Below, in pieces: positions 49,309-58,374 of a stretch of 64,000 bases of DNA. The position numbers were made by a program, and so were the translations under genes. The notes under the pieces are model-generated. The model did not search any database. It was not told the origin of the DNA and was given only the letters and a program-made list of their open reading frames with translations. The DNA is from an uncultured Verrucomicrobiae bacterium (GTDB lineage Bacteria; Verrucomicrobiota; Verrucomicrobiia; Chthoniobacterales; JAFAMB01): positions 1,408,001 to 1,472,000 of the forward strand of contig CAWIPH010000002.1 of the NCBI GenBank assembly GCA_963837955.1, in the 5' to 3' direction. The first letter of the stretch is position 1. Each line of letters opens with the position of its first letter.

Positions 49309-50715
49309 TCATATGTGAGATGGCGCACTGGCCAACGCGGCCAGCAACTTGTCGTGAATGCCTCCGAACCCGCCGTTACTAAAGACTACTATGACATCAC
49401 CGGGTTGAGCCAGAGGCTTCAATCTCTCCACGATTTGGCTTATTTTTGGCTCGTAGAAAGCTGGCTTACCGGCTTGTTGAATTGTGGCGACCACTTTCCA
49501 GGGGTCTAGCCGGTCGTCCGGTGGCACCTGTTCGATGCGCGCCACTTCTGCCAGAATCACTCCGTCAGCCAAAGCGAGCGCCTCCGGAAGTTGCTGCTGA
49601 AAAACTGCACGACGAGTGGTATTGGATCGTGGCTCAAAGATGGCCCAGAGACGATGCGCCGGAAATCGGCGACGCAAAGCGTTCAAAGTTTCCTTAATAG
49701 CGGTCGGATGATGACCAAAATCGTCGATAACTTTGATGCCATTTACTTCGCCACGAATCTCCTGTCGCCGAGCAACTCCTTGAAAGGTGCGCAGCGCAGC
49801 TTGTATCGTCGGCAGACTGATCTGCTGCGAAAGAGCGACCGCAGCCGCCATTCCGGCGTTGCGGACATTGAACTCTCCGACCAGCGAAGTTTCAAAACGG
49901 TCTTTCCCAATCCGAAATGTGGATCCGGATTGATGATATTCGATATCCTCTAAGCGATAATGCGCTTTTTCGGACAAACCGACGGTCATTACCGGAGCAA
50001 ACGCCTTCTGGGTTACCTCGCGACAATGGGGGTCATCAGCGTTGATGAAGAAACGGCCAGATTGTGGGACGATGTTTACCAGGCGCCGGAAGCTCGTTTT
50101 GATTTCCTCCAGGTCATGGAAGATATCGGCATGATCAAATTCGATGTTATTTATCACCAGTGTATCTGGCAGGTAATGCAGGAACTTTGAGCGCTTGTCG
50201 AAGAACGCGGTATCATATTCATCTCCCTCCAGGATGAAGTATCGCGAGTCCGGGAAAGACGCACCTCTCTTCAGGTCTTTGGCGATACCACCGATCAGGA
50301 AGCCGGGATTTAGGCCCGCCTGGCTGAAGATCCAAGTCACTAGGGCGGTTGTGGTCGTCTTGCCGTGTGTGCCGGTAACAACAACATTATGCTTACCCTG
50401 GAGGAAGAAATCTTTGATGGTTTCCGGAAGTGAGCGGTAGAGCAATTTTCGTTCAAGTACCGATTCCAGTTCCGGGTTACCGCGGAAGATCGCGTTACCG
50501 ATAACGACCAAGTCAATATTATCCGGCACGTTCTCTGGTCGATATCCGGCGGAGAGGGGAACCTGTTTTTCCGCGAGAAAAGTCGACATTGGCGGATAGA
50601 CATTTTCGTCGGAACCGCTGACGACAAAGCCAAGATCTCGGATGGCGGCCGCTACTGCGCCCATGGCCGTACCACAGACACCCATGAAATGAATTCGGCG
50701 AACAGGTTTAAGCAT
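49309..50715 (-). CDS. mpl: Murein peptide ligase Mpl
   Basis: GVCGTAMG, VYPPMS, GTHGKTTT, EGDEYDTAFFDKRSKF, DDFGHHPTA, EPRSNT, SNGGFGG. Confidence 0.95.
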   Translation of the reverse strand: MLKPVRRIHFMGVCGTAMGAVAAAIRDLGFVVSGSDENVYPPMSTFLAEKQVPLSAGYRPENVPDNIDLVVIGNAIFRGNPELESVLERKLLYRSLPETIKDFFLQGKHNVVVTGTHGKTTTTALVTWIFSQAGLNPGFLIGGIAKDLKRGASFPDSRYFILEGDEYDTAFFDKRSKFLHYLPDTLVINNIEFDHADIFHDLEEIKTSFRRLVNIVPQSGRFFINADDPHCREVTQKAFAPVMTVGLSEKAHYRLEDIEYHQSGSTFRIGKDRFETSLVGEFNVRNAGMAAAVALSQQISLPTIQAALRTFQGVARRQEIRGEVNGIKVIDDFGHHPTAIKETLNALRRRFPAHRLWAIFEPRSNTTRRAVFQQQLPEALALADGVILAEVARIEQVPPDDRLDPWKVVATIQQAGKPAFYEPKISQIVERLKPLAQPGDVIVVFSNGGFGGIHDKLLAALASAPSHI

Positions 50716-51077
50716 GAGAGAAAACGGCTTCAGTCAATTAACTTCCTCCAATCGGCTGCCGTGATCGGGCTAAACCGGCTCACGAAATTTTCGCAGAAAC
50801 CCACCTTCGCATTCTCCAAGCATCGGATTGGCCCTCGAAGGTAAGCAGAAGGTCGATTTGAGCGAAAGGGAAAATCCGTCGGAACCGGGAATCAATTTCA
50901 AAAGGGGTTTGCTCGATTTTTGCCGGCCGGCAGAGTGAATTGGGGAGCCCCAACAGAATCTTAGCCTGTTTCTGGGAGGTTTTTAGCTGAGGATAAGAAG
51001 ACCGTTCCAAAACCAAGATCCAGAAGCCAGATCGAGTGAACCAAGGGTTTCTACGACAGCTCCGGGCAGCTGCTAAT

Positions 51078-51106
51078 TTGACGCCTGGCAGGTCTGCAAT
51101 TATCCT
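51078..51106 (+). promoter_or_regulatory. Sigma70-type promoter of tRNA-Arg
   Basis: TTGACG-N17-TATCCT, 11 nt upstream of the tRNA. Confidence 0.6.
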
Positions 51107-51117
51107 CGGAACACTTC

Positions 51118-51191
51118 GCGTCCGTAGCTCAATTGGATAGAGCGTTGGCCTCCGGAGCCAGAGGTTGTGGGTTCGACCCCCGCCGGACGCA
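51118..51191 (+). tRNA. tRNA-Arg (CCG)
   Basis: GCGTCCG acceptor stem, TGGC-CTCCGGA-GCCA anticodon arm, GGTTCGACCC. Confidence 0.95.
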
Positions 51192-51467
51192 ATAGTTCCC
51201 CTCAACCTGGCCACCCGCGAGATTTGGGCTGGAATGGCCATCGCGGTCTGAGCGTACGCGATGATTAGCCTCCGTTCGGAATCTTCCCGGCGATCTCTGC
51301 TGCTTAGAGGCCAGGTCTAGTTCATCGGTCCACGGGTAAACCTGAGCTAGATTTCCGCGAACACCCAGACCATGCATCCTTAGAAATTGGCAACATTTTC
51401 GACCGCGCGTTTCGGCAATAGCATCCTGCTCTCTCACCGAGCAACGCATCGACGCTCTCCCCTTTTT

Positions 51468-51623
51468 CTACTGCTTCAGTTCATCACCTTCAGTCTTGTC
51501 GGAATCGAGGTCCTCAGTGTCAATGTCCTTGCTGCCGTCCTCATCCTCCTCGTCGGGCTTGATACTTTCGCCTTCTGGGTTCATGACCTGTAGTTCGGTC
51601 CCGCCGAACAAAAGTTCAATCAT
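51468..51623 (-). CDS. Possible small, very acidic protein
   Basis: MIELLFGGTELQVMNPEGESIKPDEEDEDGSKDIDTEDLDSDKTEGDELKQ; no family motif recognised. Confidence 0.35.
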   Translation of the reverse strand: MIELLFGGTELQVMNPEGESIKPDEEDEDGSKDIDTEDLDSDKTEGDELKQ

Positions 51624-51714
51624 GATCCTTCCGAGGATAATCCCTCTACAGGGAGCGACTGAGGGGGTAGAGCCAACCGGGAGCCCCGTTAACGAATATC
51701 CTATTCCTTGAGCG

Positions 51715-52104
51715 CTACAGCCGACTTCCTTTCCCGTTGCCTGTCGCAGAGGCAACGAGTCTTCCGCGCACATTGCGATGGCCGAGAAAATAGACCCAAG
51801 CAACCAATGAAGGTCGTAACAGCCTTACTTTCTTTCGATAGAAGAGGGAACTTGGTTCATGGGTGAAGTTGCATCCCTCATATTTATCGAGATCGCTCCA
51901 GACCGCCGCATCAAAGATATGAAAGATTTCTACGGGGATTACGCCGCATCCTTCCACCGCGGCGGGGTAGCCATGCTGAAAGAATAGTTTGCCCCGAAGC
52001 TGACCGGAACAGTGGAAACGAAGTTTGGAAGATATAAACGACCCTCGTCGAAAGAGCGATCGCCTTTTCAAAGTGCCGTACACGGCAAGGAATTCCTGAT
52101 TCAC
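51715..52104 (-). CDS. Gamma-glutamylcyclotransferase (AIG2-like)
   Basis: AVYGTLKR, GYPA, LDKYEG, FYRKKV, AWVYF. Confidence 0.85.
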   Translation of the reverse strand: MNQEFLAVYGTLKRRSLFRRGSFISSKLRFHCSGQLRGKLFFQHGYPAAVEGCGVIPVEIFHIFDAAVWSDLDKYEGCNFTHEPSSLFYRKKVRLLRPSLVAWVYFLGHRNVRGRLVASATGNGKGSRL

Positions 52105-52186
52105 CGTTCTGTTTTCGGCGAGAGCCAGAAACCAGCCTCTCGGGTTTGAGTTCGGAACTTCTGCATTTTAGCTGATTCATTGTCAG

Positions 52187-52822
52187 TCAATTCAAAGAGA
52201 AATCGGTACCCGGTAGTTTGGGGGCGTCTGGCAGGAGGCTGGATCCGCTTACCTGTTCGGACGGCTCGTCGGAATGGCCAAGAGCCTGGGCGAGCATATC
52301 GTTCACTAGAGCTTCTATTCCGGAAAACCGGTGAACAGGGAAGATCGAGGAACGGGATAGCGCCACATAGGTCGAGGTGAGGAATTCATAAGCAAAAAAC
52401 CAGAGTTCTGAGTCGCCCAAAAAGAGATATTTTTGGGCGGACTCCGGAAAGGCGGACCAGAGAGCTAGATTCTGAGCGATTAACCCGGGCACTGTTTCCT
52501 CTTCCGCTGAGTCCTTGTCGACCCCGAACAAGCTCACGCCATTCTCCACGAAGCCGTCAACGACGGCCAGCACCCCAAGGAGAGAAGAGGGGAGATTAAC
52601 GCCTAATTCGGCTTGGGCTCGAGCGGAGATTTTGGTAACTTCTTCGGGCGATGCTCCGGGAATTAACGGACGTACCCCGTCGGCGGCGTCTTGAGTGAGT
52701 CGGTTCTCGAGATTCGCTCGATCATCGGGCTGCAATTCTCGGTAATATTGGGACGACCGTAGATCGCTGAGGAACAGGTCGCTTAGTTCCTGGAGGAGCT
52801 GTTCGTTTAGATTCATAATCAC
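52187..52822 (-). CDS. YrhA-like SMI1/KNR4 (SUKH) immunity protein
   Basis: PGASPEEV...LGVNLPSSLL...DGFVENGVSLFG...LIAQN...LFLGDS; overlaps the upstream stop. Confidence 0.75.
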   Translation of the reverse strand: MIMNLNEQLLQELSDLFLSDLRSSQYYRELQPDDRANLENRLTQDAADGVRPLIPGASPEEVTKISARAQAELGVNLPSSLLGVLAVVDGFVENGVSLFGVDKDSAEEETVPGLIAQNLALWSAFPESAQKYLFLGDSELWFFAYEFLTSTYVALSRSSIFPVHRFSGIEALVNDMLAQALGHSDEPSEQVSGSSLLPDAPKLPGTDFSLN

Positions 52823-53892
52823 ACTTTGATGCTTTGGCTGGCGGGTATTGTTTTGGCCGGCGATGCCCTGCCTTTTCGTTTCTGCTTTCCTTTCTCGGGA
52901 ATCTTGGTGGCCGGCTTCGCGCTGAGGCCAGATTCGATCACCGGCAGCTTATGTCTCGGTTGGTGGGTTGATCCTAATATCTGACCGTTGACGCAAGCGT
53001 CTCCCGGTAACCATTCGGCTGCAAATTTTTCCGCCTTGGCCGCGAGCTTATCACGTACCGCTTGGTTGGCTGCCGGGTCCCGATTTTCTTTATTGAATAA
53101 CTCACCAAAACCTTGAGTAATTTCCTGGAACTCTTTCGGAACGGAATACGGTTTGTGACCGGTGGCCTTCGAGAACTCCAGGATACGGCGCTCCCAAATT
53201 TCCGGTAAAGGAGCCGCGCCCAGCGTGGTCAAGTGTTGGCGGAGGCTCTCAGTACTACTGAATCCACGCGTGACGGGTGGATAGAGTGGAAAGACCGGGC
53301 GGGGTACATAAATTGGGTTTGATTGATCGACCGCGCGATGAGTCTGCGGATGAAGAAAAAGAGCGTGCCAGAAGTGATGCGGGTTTTGCGATTGGTCGCG
53401 GCCGCGGCGAGTTGTGTTAACGATGGCAAAGTTTCTTGGATGATTGATAGCTGGGCGGCCTCCCGCAACCGCGACGCTCTTCGGGATAATATGATGGCAG
53501 TTATAATATTGTTTCTTGAAGCGCACTGGCTGGTTGGCCTGTTGGGTCACATTGATCGCGGAGGATGGGCTGCGACCCGACTCCATGAGTTGTACTCCGT
53601 CCGGGCCGACTGCCAGAAGCGATAAGGATCTGCCGACCGGGTGCATCGCCAAAGCTTTTAGATATTCTCCGCGCATCCGTCCGTATGCTCTGGTCGTCTG
53701 TTCGTACTCTTCGGAAGCGCGATCCAAAGTACGGCCAACGATCCGGTCCAGCACGATTCCAGGTAATTCGGGACATGTGCCGATCGAGGAGGGATCAGAA
53801 ATCAACTTTTCGAACTCCTTGATAGCCTCGTCGACCGCGGCGCACATCTGCTCGCGGGGCGGCTTTGCTGATCGGTCACTCATGGGAGCCAT
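52819..53892 (-). CDS. HNH-type nuclease (polymorphic-toxin-like domain)
   Basis: YLKALA...QLMESGRSP...YNCHHIIP...NHPRNFAIV...PHHFWH. Confidence 0.7.
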   Translation of the reverse strand: MAPMSDRSAKPPREQMCAAVDEAIKEFEKLISDPSSIGTCPELPGIVLDRIVGRTLDRASEEYEQTTRAYGRMRGEYLKALAMHPVGRSLSLLAVGPDGVQLMESGRSPSSAINVTQQANQPVRFKKQYYNCHHIIPKSVAVAGGRPAINHPRNFAIVNTTRRGRDQSQNPHHFWHALFLHPQTHRAVDQSNPIYVPRPVFPLYPPVTRGFSSTESLRQHLTTLGAAPLPEIWERRILEFSKATGHKPYSVPKEFQEITQGFGELFNKENRDPAANQAVRDKLAAKAEKFAAEWLPGDACVNGQILGSTHQPRHKLPVIESGLSAKPATKIPEKGKQKRKGRASPAKTIPASQSIKV

Positions 53893-54030
53893 CCGGGAGA
53901 TCTAGCCGAATCGACGAGATATTAAAACATACGAAATACATGTTGTTATTAGTACTGATTTGCTCGATTAGTCAATACATAAGTAAAGAATGTTATTAGA
54001 GCACAAAGATTGAACGATCAGCGAAGATCT

Positions 54031-54111
54031 AATCCAGGACTCTTAGAGGCAGTCTATGAGGTCATTCTGGCGAATGAGTTGCGGAACACCGGATTGACAG
54101 CTGCTAGCTAA
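54031..54111 (+). pseudogene. GxxExxY-family gene remnant
   Basis: Translates to NPGLLEAVYEVILANELRNTGLTAAS*; only the signature segment remains. Confidence 0.7.
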
Positions 54112-54203
54112 CCGACTCGCCGAGTAGAGCTCTCTGCTGTGTCCGCCGCGCGAGGACTCGCTTCGGCCTTGCTAATTTGAAATCGAGCCTGGCCGAGGCG
54201 GGT

Positions 54204-55049
54204 TCAGCTTGGATGTTGTTCGATTTGGTCGACCAAATCGTGAGCGGTTTCGTAGATCTTCGCAATCTGGGATGGAGTGGAACTGTCCGTTTCATTCCAT
54301 GACTGCTGCACGCTTTCCAATCCGGCGGTTATTTTCTGGATCAACGCATTCTTTTTGAAGCGGGGAGCGAGCGAGTCCAATCGGTCCAGATAATAGGTAA
54401 GCAAAGCGCGATTGCGCAATCGTTCGGCTCGTTCCGGGCTGAAACTCTTGACCACACACTCAGCGCCGATCTCGAGGCCGCGGAGCCAGCCGCCCAAGCT
54501 AAGTAATTGAGCTAATGGTTCATCATGCAGCGCAAGCATCGCGTTCTCGACGTCGGCCTGGGTGACGCTCAATTCTTTGCGCAGCTTATCCCAGGCTCCA
54601 GACTGCGCTAAATCGAGAAGGCGTTTGCTGTGCCGCGATACGCGCTCTCCCACACCCAATCCTTTGGCTCGGCGAATCATTTCTCGGCCCAGCGCCGGCA
54701 AATCTTGATCTCTTTCGGCAGCGACGTCCAGGAATCCGTCTCCGATCAGGACGCCAAAGGCGAGTGCGTATTTCGAGCGATCGTTCGTGTCCAGCTCGCT
54801 GACAGGTCGGGCTACTGCATCAAACGGAATCGGTTTGAGGGCATCCAGAGTCTCGAAAACCTTCTCGATCGATGGTGCGGTAAATTCGTTGATGCCAAGT
54901 TCTTCTCGATAATCTGGATCTTTCGACAGATCTTCCTTTGCCGTAGACGCGAAACCGAAGGTGCCAGCAAAGACAGCCGCTCCGATGAGATTCCCGACGA
55001 ACGGTAGACACCACTGGCAACGCATGCTCGCTTCCTTGGACAACACCAT
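54204..55049 (-). CDS. Exported alpha-helical hypothetical protein
   Basis: Signal-like N-terminus; EELGINEFTAPSI, LGGWLRGLEI. Confidence 0.75.
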   Translation of the reverse strand: MVLSKEASMRCQWCLPFVGNLIGAAVFAGTFGFASTAKEDLSKDPDYREELGINEFTAPSIEKVFETLDALKPIPFDAVARPVSELDTNDRSKYALAFGVLIGDGFLDVAAERDQDLPALGREMIRRAKGLGVGERVSRHSKRLLDLAQSGAWDKLRKELSVTQADVENAMLALHDEPLAQLLSLGGWLRGLEIGAECVVKSFSPERAERLRNRALLTYYLDRLDSLAPRFKKNALIQKITAGLESVQQSWNETDSSTPSQIAKIYETAHDLVDQIEQHPS

Positions 55050-55168
55050 TCCTACGCAGCTTCTTTAGCGGCTTCCTGTCAAGGTTTTCCGCTTGACGGT
55101 CTAATCCAATCAAGCATCATGTCGCGCGTATCTTCTGTGCCTTAGGCTTCAGATGTACGCACTCTGAC

Positions 55169-56671
55169 ATGCACGGAAACGCCGGAACTTTGGTTTGGAC
55201 GATTTGCTACTCTAGCGTGCTGCTCGGGATGTCGGTGTATGGCGTCCATCGATATTTCATAATTTTTCTTTATTTTCGCAATCGTCATCTGGCGCCGGCT
55301 CCGCCGCGAAAGTTTCCGGATCTGCCGATGGTCACCGTCCAGTTGCCGATCTACAATGAAATTTATGTGGTCGCCCGGTTGCTGCGGGCCGTCAGCGAGA
55401 TTGATTATCCGCGCGAGAAGTTGGAAATCCAAATTCTTGATGATTCTAGCGATGAAACAAAGGAAGTAGCCGACCGGGAAGCGATGCGGCTCCGTTCCTT
55501 CGGTTTTCAGGTCGAAGTCTTGCGTCGGCCGAATCGACTCGGCTTCAAAGCGGGCGCGCTCAACCACGGGCTGAGAGAAGCCAAAGGCGAATTTTTCTTA
55601 ATTCTCGATGCTGACTTCATACCTCCACCGCAGATTCTGCGAGAGACTGTTCATTATTTCAGTGATCCGGCAGTCGGGATGATTCAGACCCGTTGGGGCC
55701 ACATTAACCGTTCCTTTTCTTTGCTGACCCGGGCCCAAGCGATCCTTCTCGACGGGCATCTGGTTCTTGAGCAGACGGCTCGTAGCCGAACTGGACGTTT
55801 CTTCAATTTTAACGGCACGGCGGGCCTTTGGCGACGAAGCTGCATTGAGCAAGCTGGCGGCTGGCAGCATGACACGCTGACGGAGGATTTGGACCTGAGC
55901 TATCGAGCGCAGCTGAACGGGGCAAAGTTCCTTTTTCTCTCGCACATCGTTACCCCGGCGGAACTACCCGTGGATATGAACGGTTTTAAGTCCCAGCAGC
56001 ATCGATGGACAAAGGGGTCAATTCAAACATGCAAGAAGATGTTACCCCGAATTTGGAGGAGCCGGTTGCCTTGGTGGATTAAGGTCGAGGCCACCGCACA
56101 TCTGACATCAAACTTCGCCTATCTGCTGCTGGCTTTTCTGTGCATTTTCTTGCACCCATTCCCCGGCGTTGTCTCTCCCCCGACTGATTGGCAGCGGATG
56201 GCGCTCATCGAACTGCCGGTTTTTGCGGTCACTACTCTTGCGGTCGCCGTTTTTTATTTGTGCGCGCAACGGGAACTTTATCCAAGAGATTGGAAACGAG
56301 AAATTTTGTTCTTTCCTTTTGTTCTCGCACTAGGTATTGGGCTTTCGATAAGCAATGCTCGCGCGGTGCTGGAGGCGCTTTTCAATCACAAATCGGCTTT
56401 CGCTCGAACTCCGAAATACGGTTTTGCCTTAGTCGGCAGACCGCGTAAGGAGAACCGCTACGCCCGTTTTCGAGATGTGCTTCCGATCGTCGAATTATTT
56501 TTTGCGATTTACTTTACCTACTTTGTGGTTACTGCTTTGGGAAATCGTGAGTTTCTAACCCTTCCTTTTCTGATGCTATTTCAGATAGGATTTGCGTATG
56601 TAGCCTTAACCTCACTGTGGGAACGGGCTTCGCGTGGGCTTTGGAGCATTCGCGAAGCTTCGGTTTTGTAG
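55169..56671 (+). CDS. Processive GT2 glycosyltransferase (cellulose synthase-like)
   Basis: QLPIYNE, DDSSD, KAGAL, DADF, TEDLD, QQHRW, flanking TM helices. Confidence 0.92.
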   Translation: MHGNAGTLVWTICYSSVLLGMSVYGVHRYFIIFLYFRNRHLAPAPPRKFPDLPMVTVQLPIYNEIYVVARLLRAVSEIDYPREKLEIQILDDSSDETKEVADREAMRLRSFGFQVEVLRRPNRLGFKAGALNHGLREAKGEFFLILDADFIPPPQILRETVHYFSDPAVGMIQTRWGHINRSFSLLTRAQAILLDGHLVLEQTARSRTGRFFNFNGTAGLWRRSCIEQAGGWQHDTLTEDLDLSYRAQLNGAKFLFLSHIVTPAELPVDMNGFKSQQHRWTKGSIQTCKKMLPRIWRSRLPWWIKVEATAHLTSNFAYLLLAFLCIFLHPFPGVVSPPTDWQRMALIELPVFAVTTLAVAVFYLCAQRELYPRDWKREILFFPFVLALGIGLSISNARAVLEALFNHKSAFARTPKYGFALVGRPRKENRYARFRDVLPIVELFFAIYFTYFVVTALGNREFLTLPFLMLFQIGFAYVALTSLWERASRGLWSIREASVL

Positions 56672-56683
56672 CCGAGAAGTGGC

Positions 56684-58009
56684 ATGACTAAGAGAAGGTT
56701 GTCAGGTTTGATTTTGTGTGCGGCTTTTGTCGCCCCCGGGTACGGGCGCGATCCCGGTGCATCGCCCACGCCCTCTCCGGCGGTCTACGACAACCCGATA
56801 GCCAACACATACTCCGGTTCCGGGGCAATTAACTCGCTGAAGCCGCCGGTTGGAAATTCCAGCCCGACAAAAAGTATTTTACCGAAGGCCTTGTCGAGTA
56901 CGAGACCGCCGTCATCGTCAACTGCGTTTGTGAAACCGCTGCCTTCGCCCTCGCCAAAACTAGTGAAGGCTATTGCTGCGCCTTCGCCGAACCTGCCAGA
57001 GACGGTCGGCCAACCTCCAGCGAAGCCCACGAAAGCCGTCGCTTTACCTACGCCGAAACTTGTAAAGGTTGTTGCTTCATCTTTACCCACGGTGCCAGAG
57101 ACGGTCAGCCCGCCGCCAGCGAAGCTCACCAAAGCCGTCGCTTCACCTACGCCGAAACTTCTAAAGGCTGTTGCTTCATCTTTACCCAGCTCGATGGAGA
57201 CAGTCGGCCCACCTGCACCGAGGCTAACGAAAACCGTCACCACGCCTTCTCCCAGTCTTGTTAAGGCGGTGGCCTCTCCTCCGCCGAAGCTTCTGAGGGC
57301 CGTTGCCTCCCCTTCGCCCGAACTGGTAAAGGCCATTAATTCGCCTGCCGCGGTCAAGCCGCTGCCGAATGCCCCTTTGGTAAAATCGTCGCCTGTCGCG
57401 GCCCCGTCACCTTTGCCGATACTGGCGCCGACGCCGCCCCCTGCGCCCGAGGTCAGGTTGGTGGTTAGCGTGCGCGACCAAAAACTGGCTGTCTTGGTAA
57501 ACGGGAAGATTTATCGAACCTATAAGATATCGACCTCGCGCTACGGCGAAGGGGATAATTTCGGAAGCTGGCGGACTCCGCTTGGCCATATGCAGGTTGC
57601 AACCAAAATCGGAGCGGCCGCGCCACCGGGGGCGGTCTTCCACCGGCGCCAACCAACCGGCGAGATTTTGGCTGCAAATGCGCCTGGACGCGACCCAATT
57701 ATAAGCAGGATCATTTGGCTACGCGGAACCGAAGAAGAGAACAAGCGAGCGTTTCAACGCTGCATTTATATTCATGGCACTCCCCAGGAGGAATTTCTGG
57801 GTCGAAAAGCGAGTTACGGGTGTATTCGGATGCGTTCGTCCGACGTAATCGAAGTCTTTAATTGGATCGGCGTCGGCACCGACGTGGCAGTTGTCGATCA
57901 GCCGATCCGTCGAGCGATCAAGGACCTTGAAGCAGAGGCGATGGTCGCTCGAAACGAGCAAAGACGGGTTGCAGAGCCCTTGGGTAGCCCGTCCGAAGCG
58001 AATCGATAG
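56684..58009 (+). CDS. L,D-transpeptidase (YkuD) with a long Pro/Ser/Thr repeat stalk
   Basis: TPLG, IYIHGT...ASYGCIRM; repeated PKLVKAVASP units. Confidence 0.88.
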   Translation: MTKRRLSGLILCAAFVAPGYGRDPGASPTPSPAVYDNPIANTYSGSGAINSLKPPVGNSSPTKSILPKALSSTRPPSSSTAFVKPLPSPSPKLVKAIAAPSPNLPETVGQPPAKPTKAVALPTPKLVKVVASSLPTVPETVSPPPAKLTKAVASPTPKLLKAVASSLPSSMETVGPPAPRLTKTVTTPSPSLVKAVASPPPKLLRAVASPSPELVKAINSPAAVKPLPNAPLVKSSPVAAPSPLPILAPTPPPAPEVRLVVSVRDQKLAVLVNGKIYRTYKISTSRYGEGDNFGSWRTPLGHMQVATKIGAAAPPGAVFHRRQPTGEILAANAPGRDPIISRIIWLRGTEEENKRAFQRCIYIHGTPQEEFLGRKASYGCIRMRSSDVIEVFNWIGVGTDVAVVDQPIRRAIKDLEAEAMVARNEQRRVAEPLGSPSEANR

Positions 58010-58212
58010 GTCCAAATCGCTTCCTGGTAGGGTCCAGCGCGATTTTTCTGTTCAAAGCTCATTCCTACGGGGCAGCCACTAGCTCTACCAGCCTCGAGAG
58101 GAGGACCAACCCGCCTTCGCTGGGGCTATTTTTAGTCAATTTGTCCAGCAGGCGACCGATTTCCTCGTAGGGTGCGAAATCGCATGCATTGTTTTCTGCT
58201 TTTTTCTTGATC

Positions 58213-58260
58213 ACACAACATGTAGTGCCTATCGTGTATTCTGTGTCCTATATGATGGGG
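58213..58260. promoter_or_regulatory. Tandem NrdR boxes
   Basis: ACACAACATGTAGTGC (58213-58228) fits acaCwAtATaTwGtgt; a weaker GTCCTATATGATGGGG lies 32 bp later; upstream of the RNR gene. Confidence 0.7.
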
Positions 58261-58374
58261 TTGTTCTCCAACAATCACAACTAGGTCACAGGATATTAGC
58301 CGGAAAAACGAGCGTTATTAACAAGTTATTGGCAGCTCAGCGAACTCTGAGCGGAAAACCCCCTCATAATCAAA

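Noticed and set aside
51118..54200. Integrative element or prophage at tRNA-Arg (also checked tRNA-Gly and tRNA-Asn)
   Set aside because: No integrase and no duplicated tRNA 3' end was found by eye
56785..57357. 190-aa Gly/Ala-rich minus-strand ORF and similar antisense ORFs throughout the window
   Set aside because: Shadow ORFs of well-supported genes on the opposite strand
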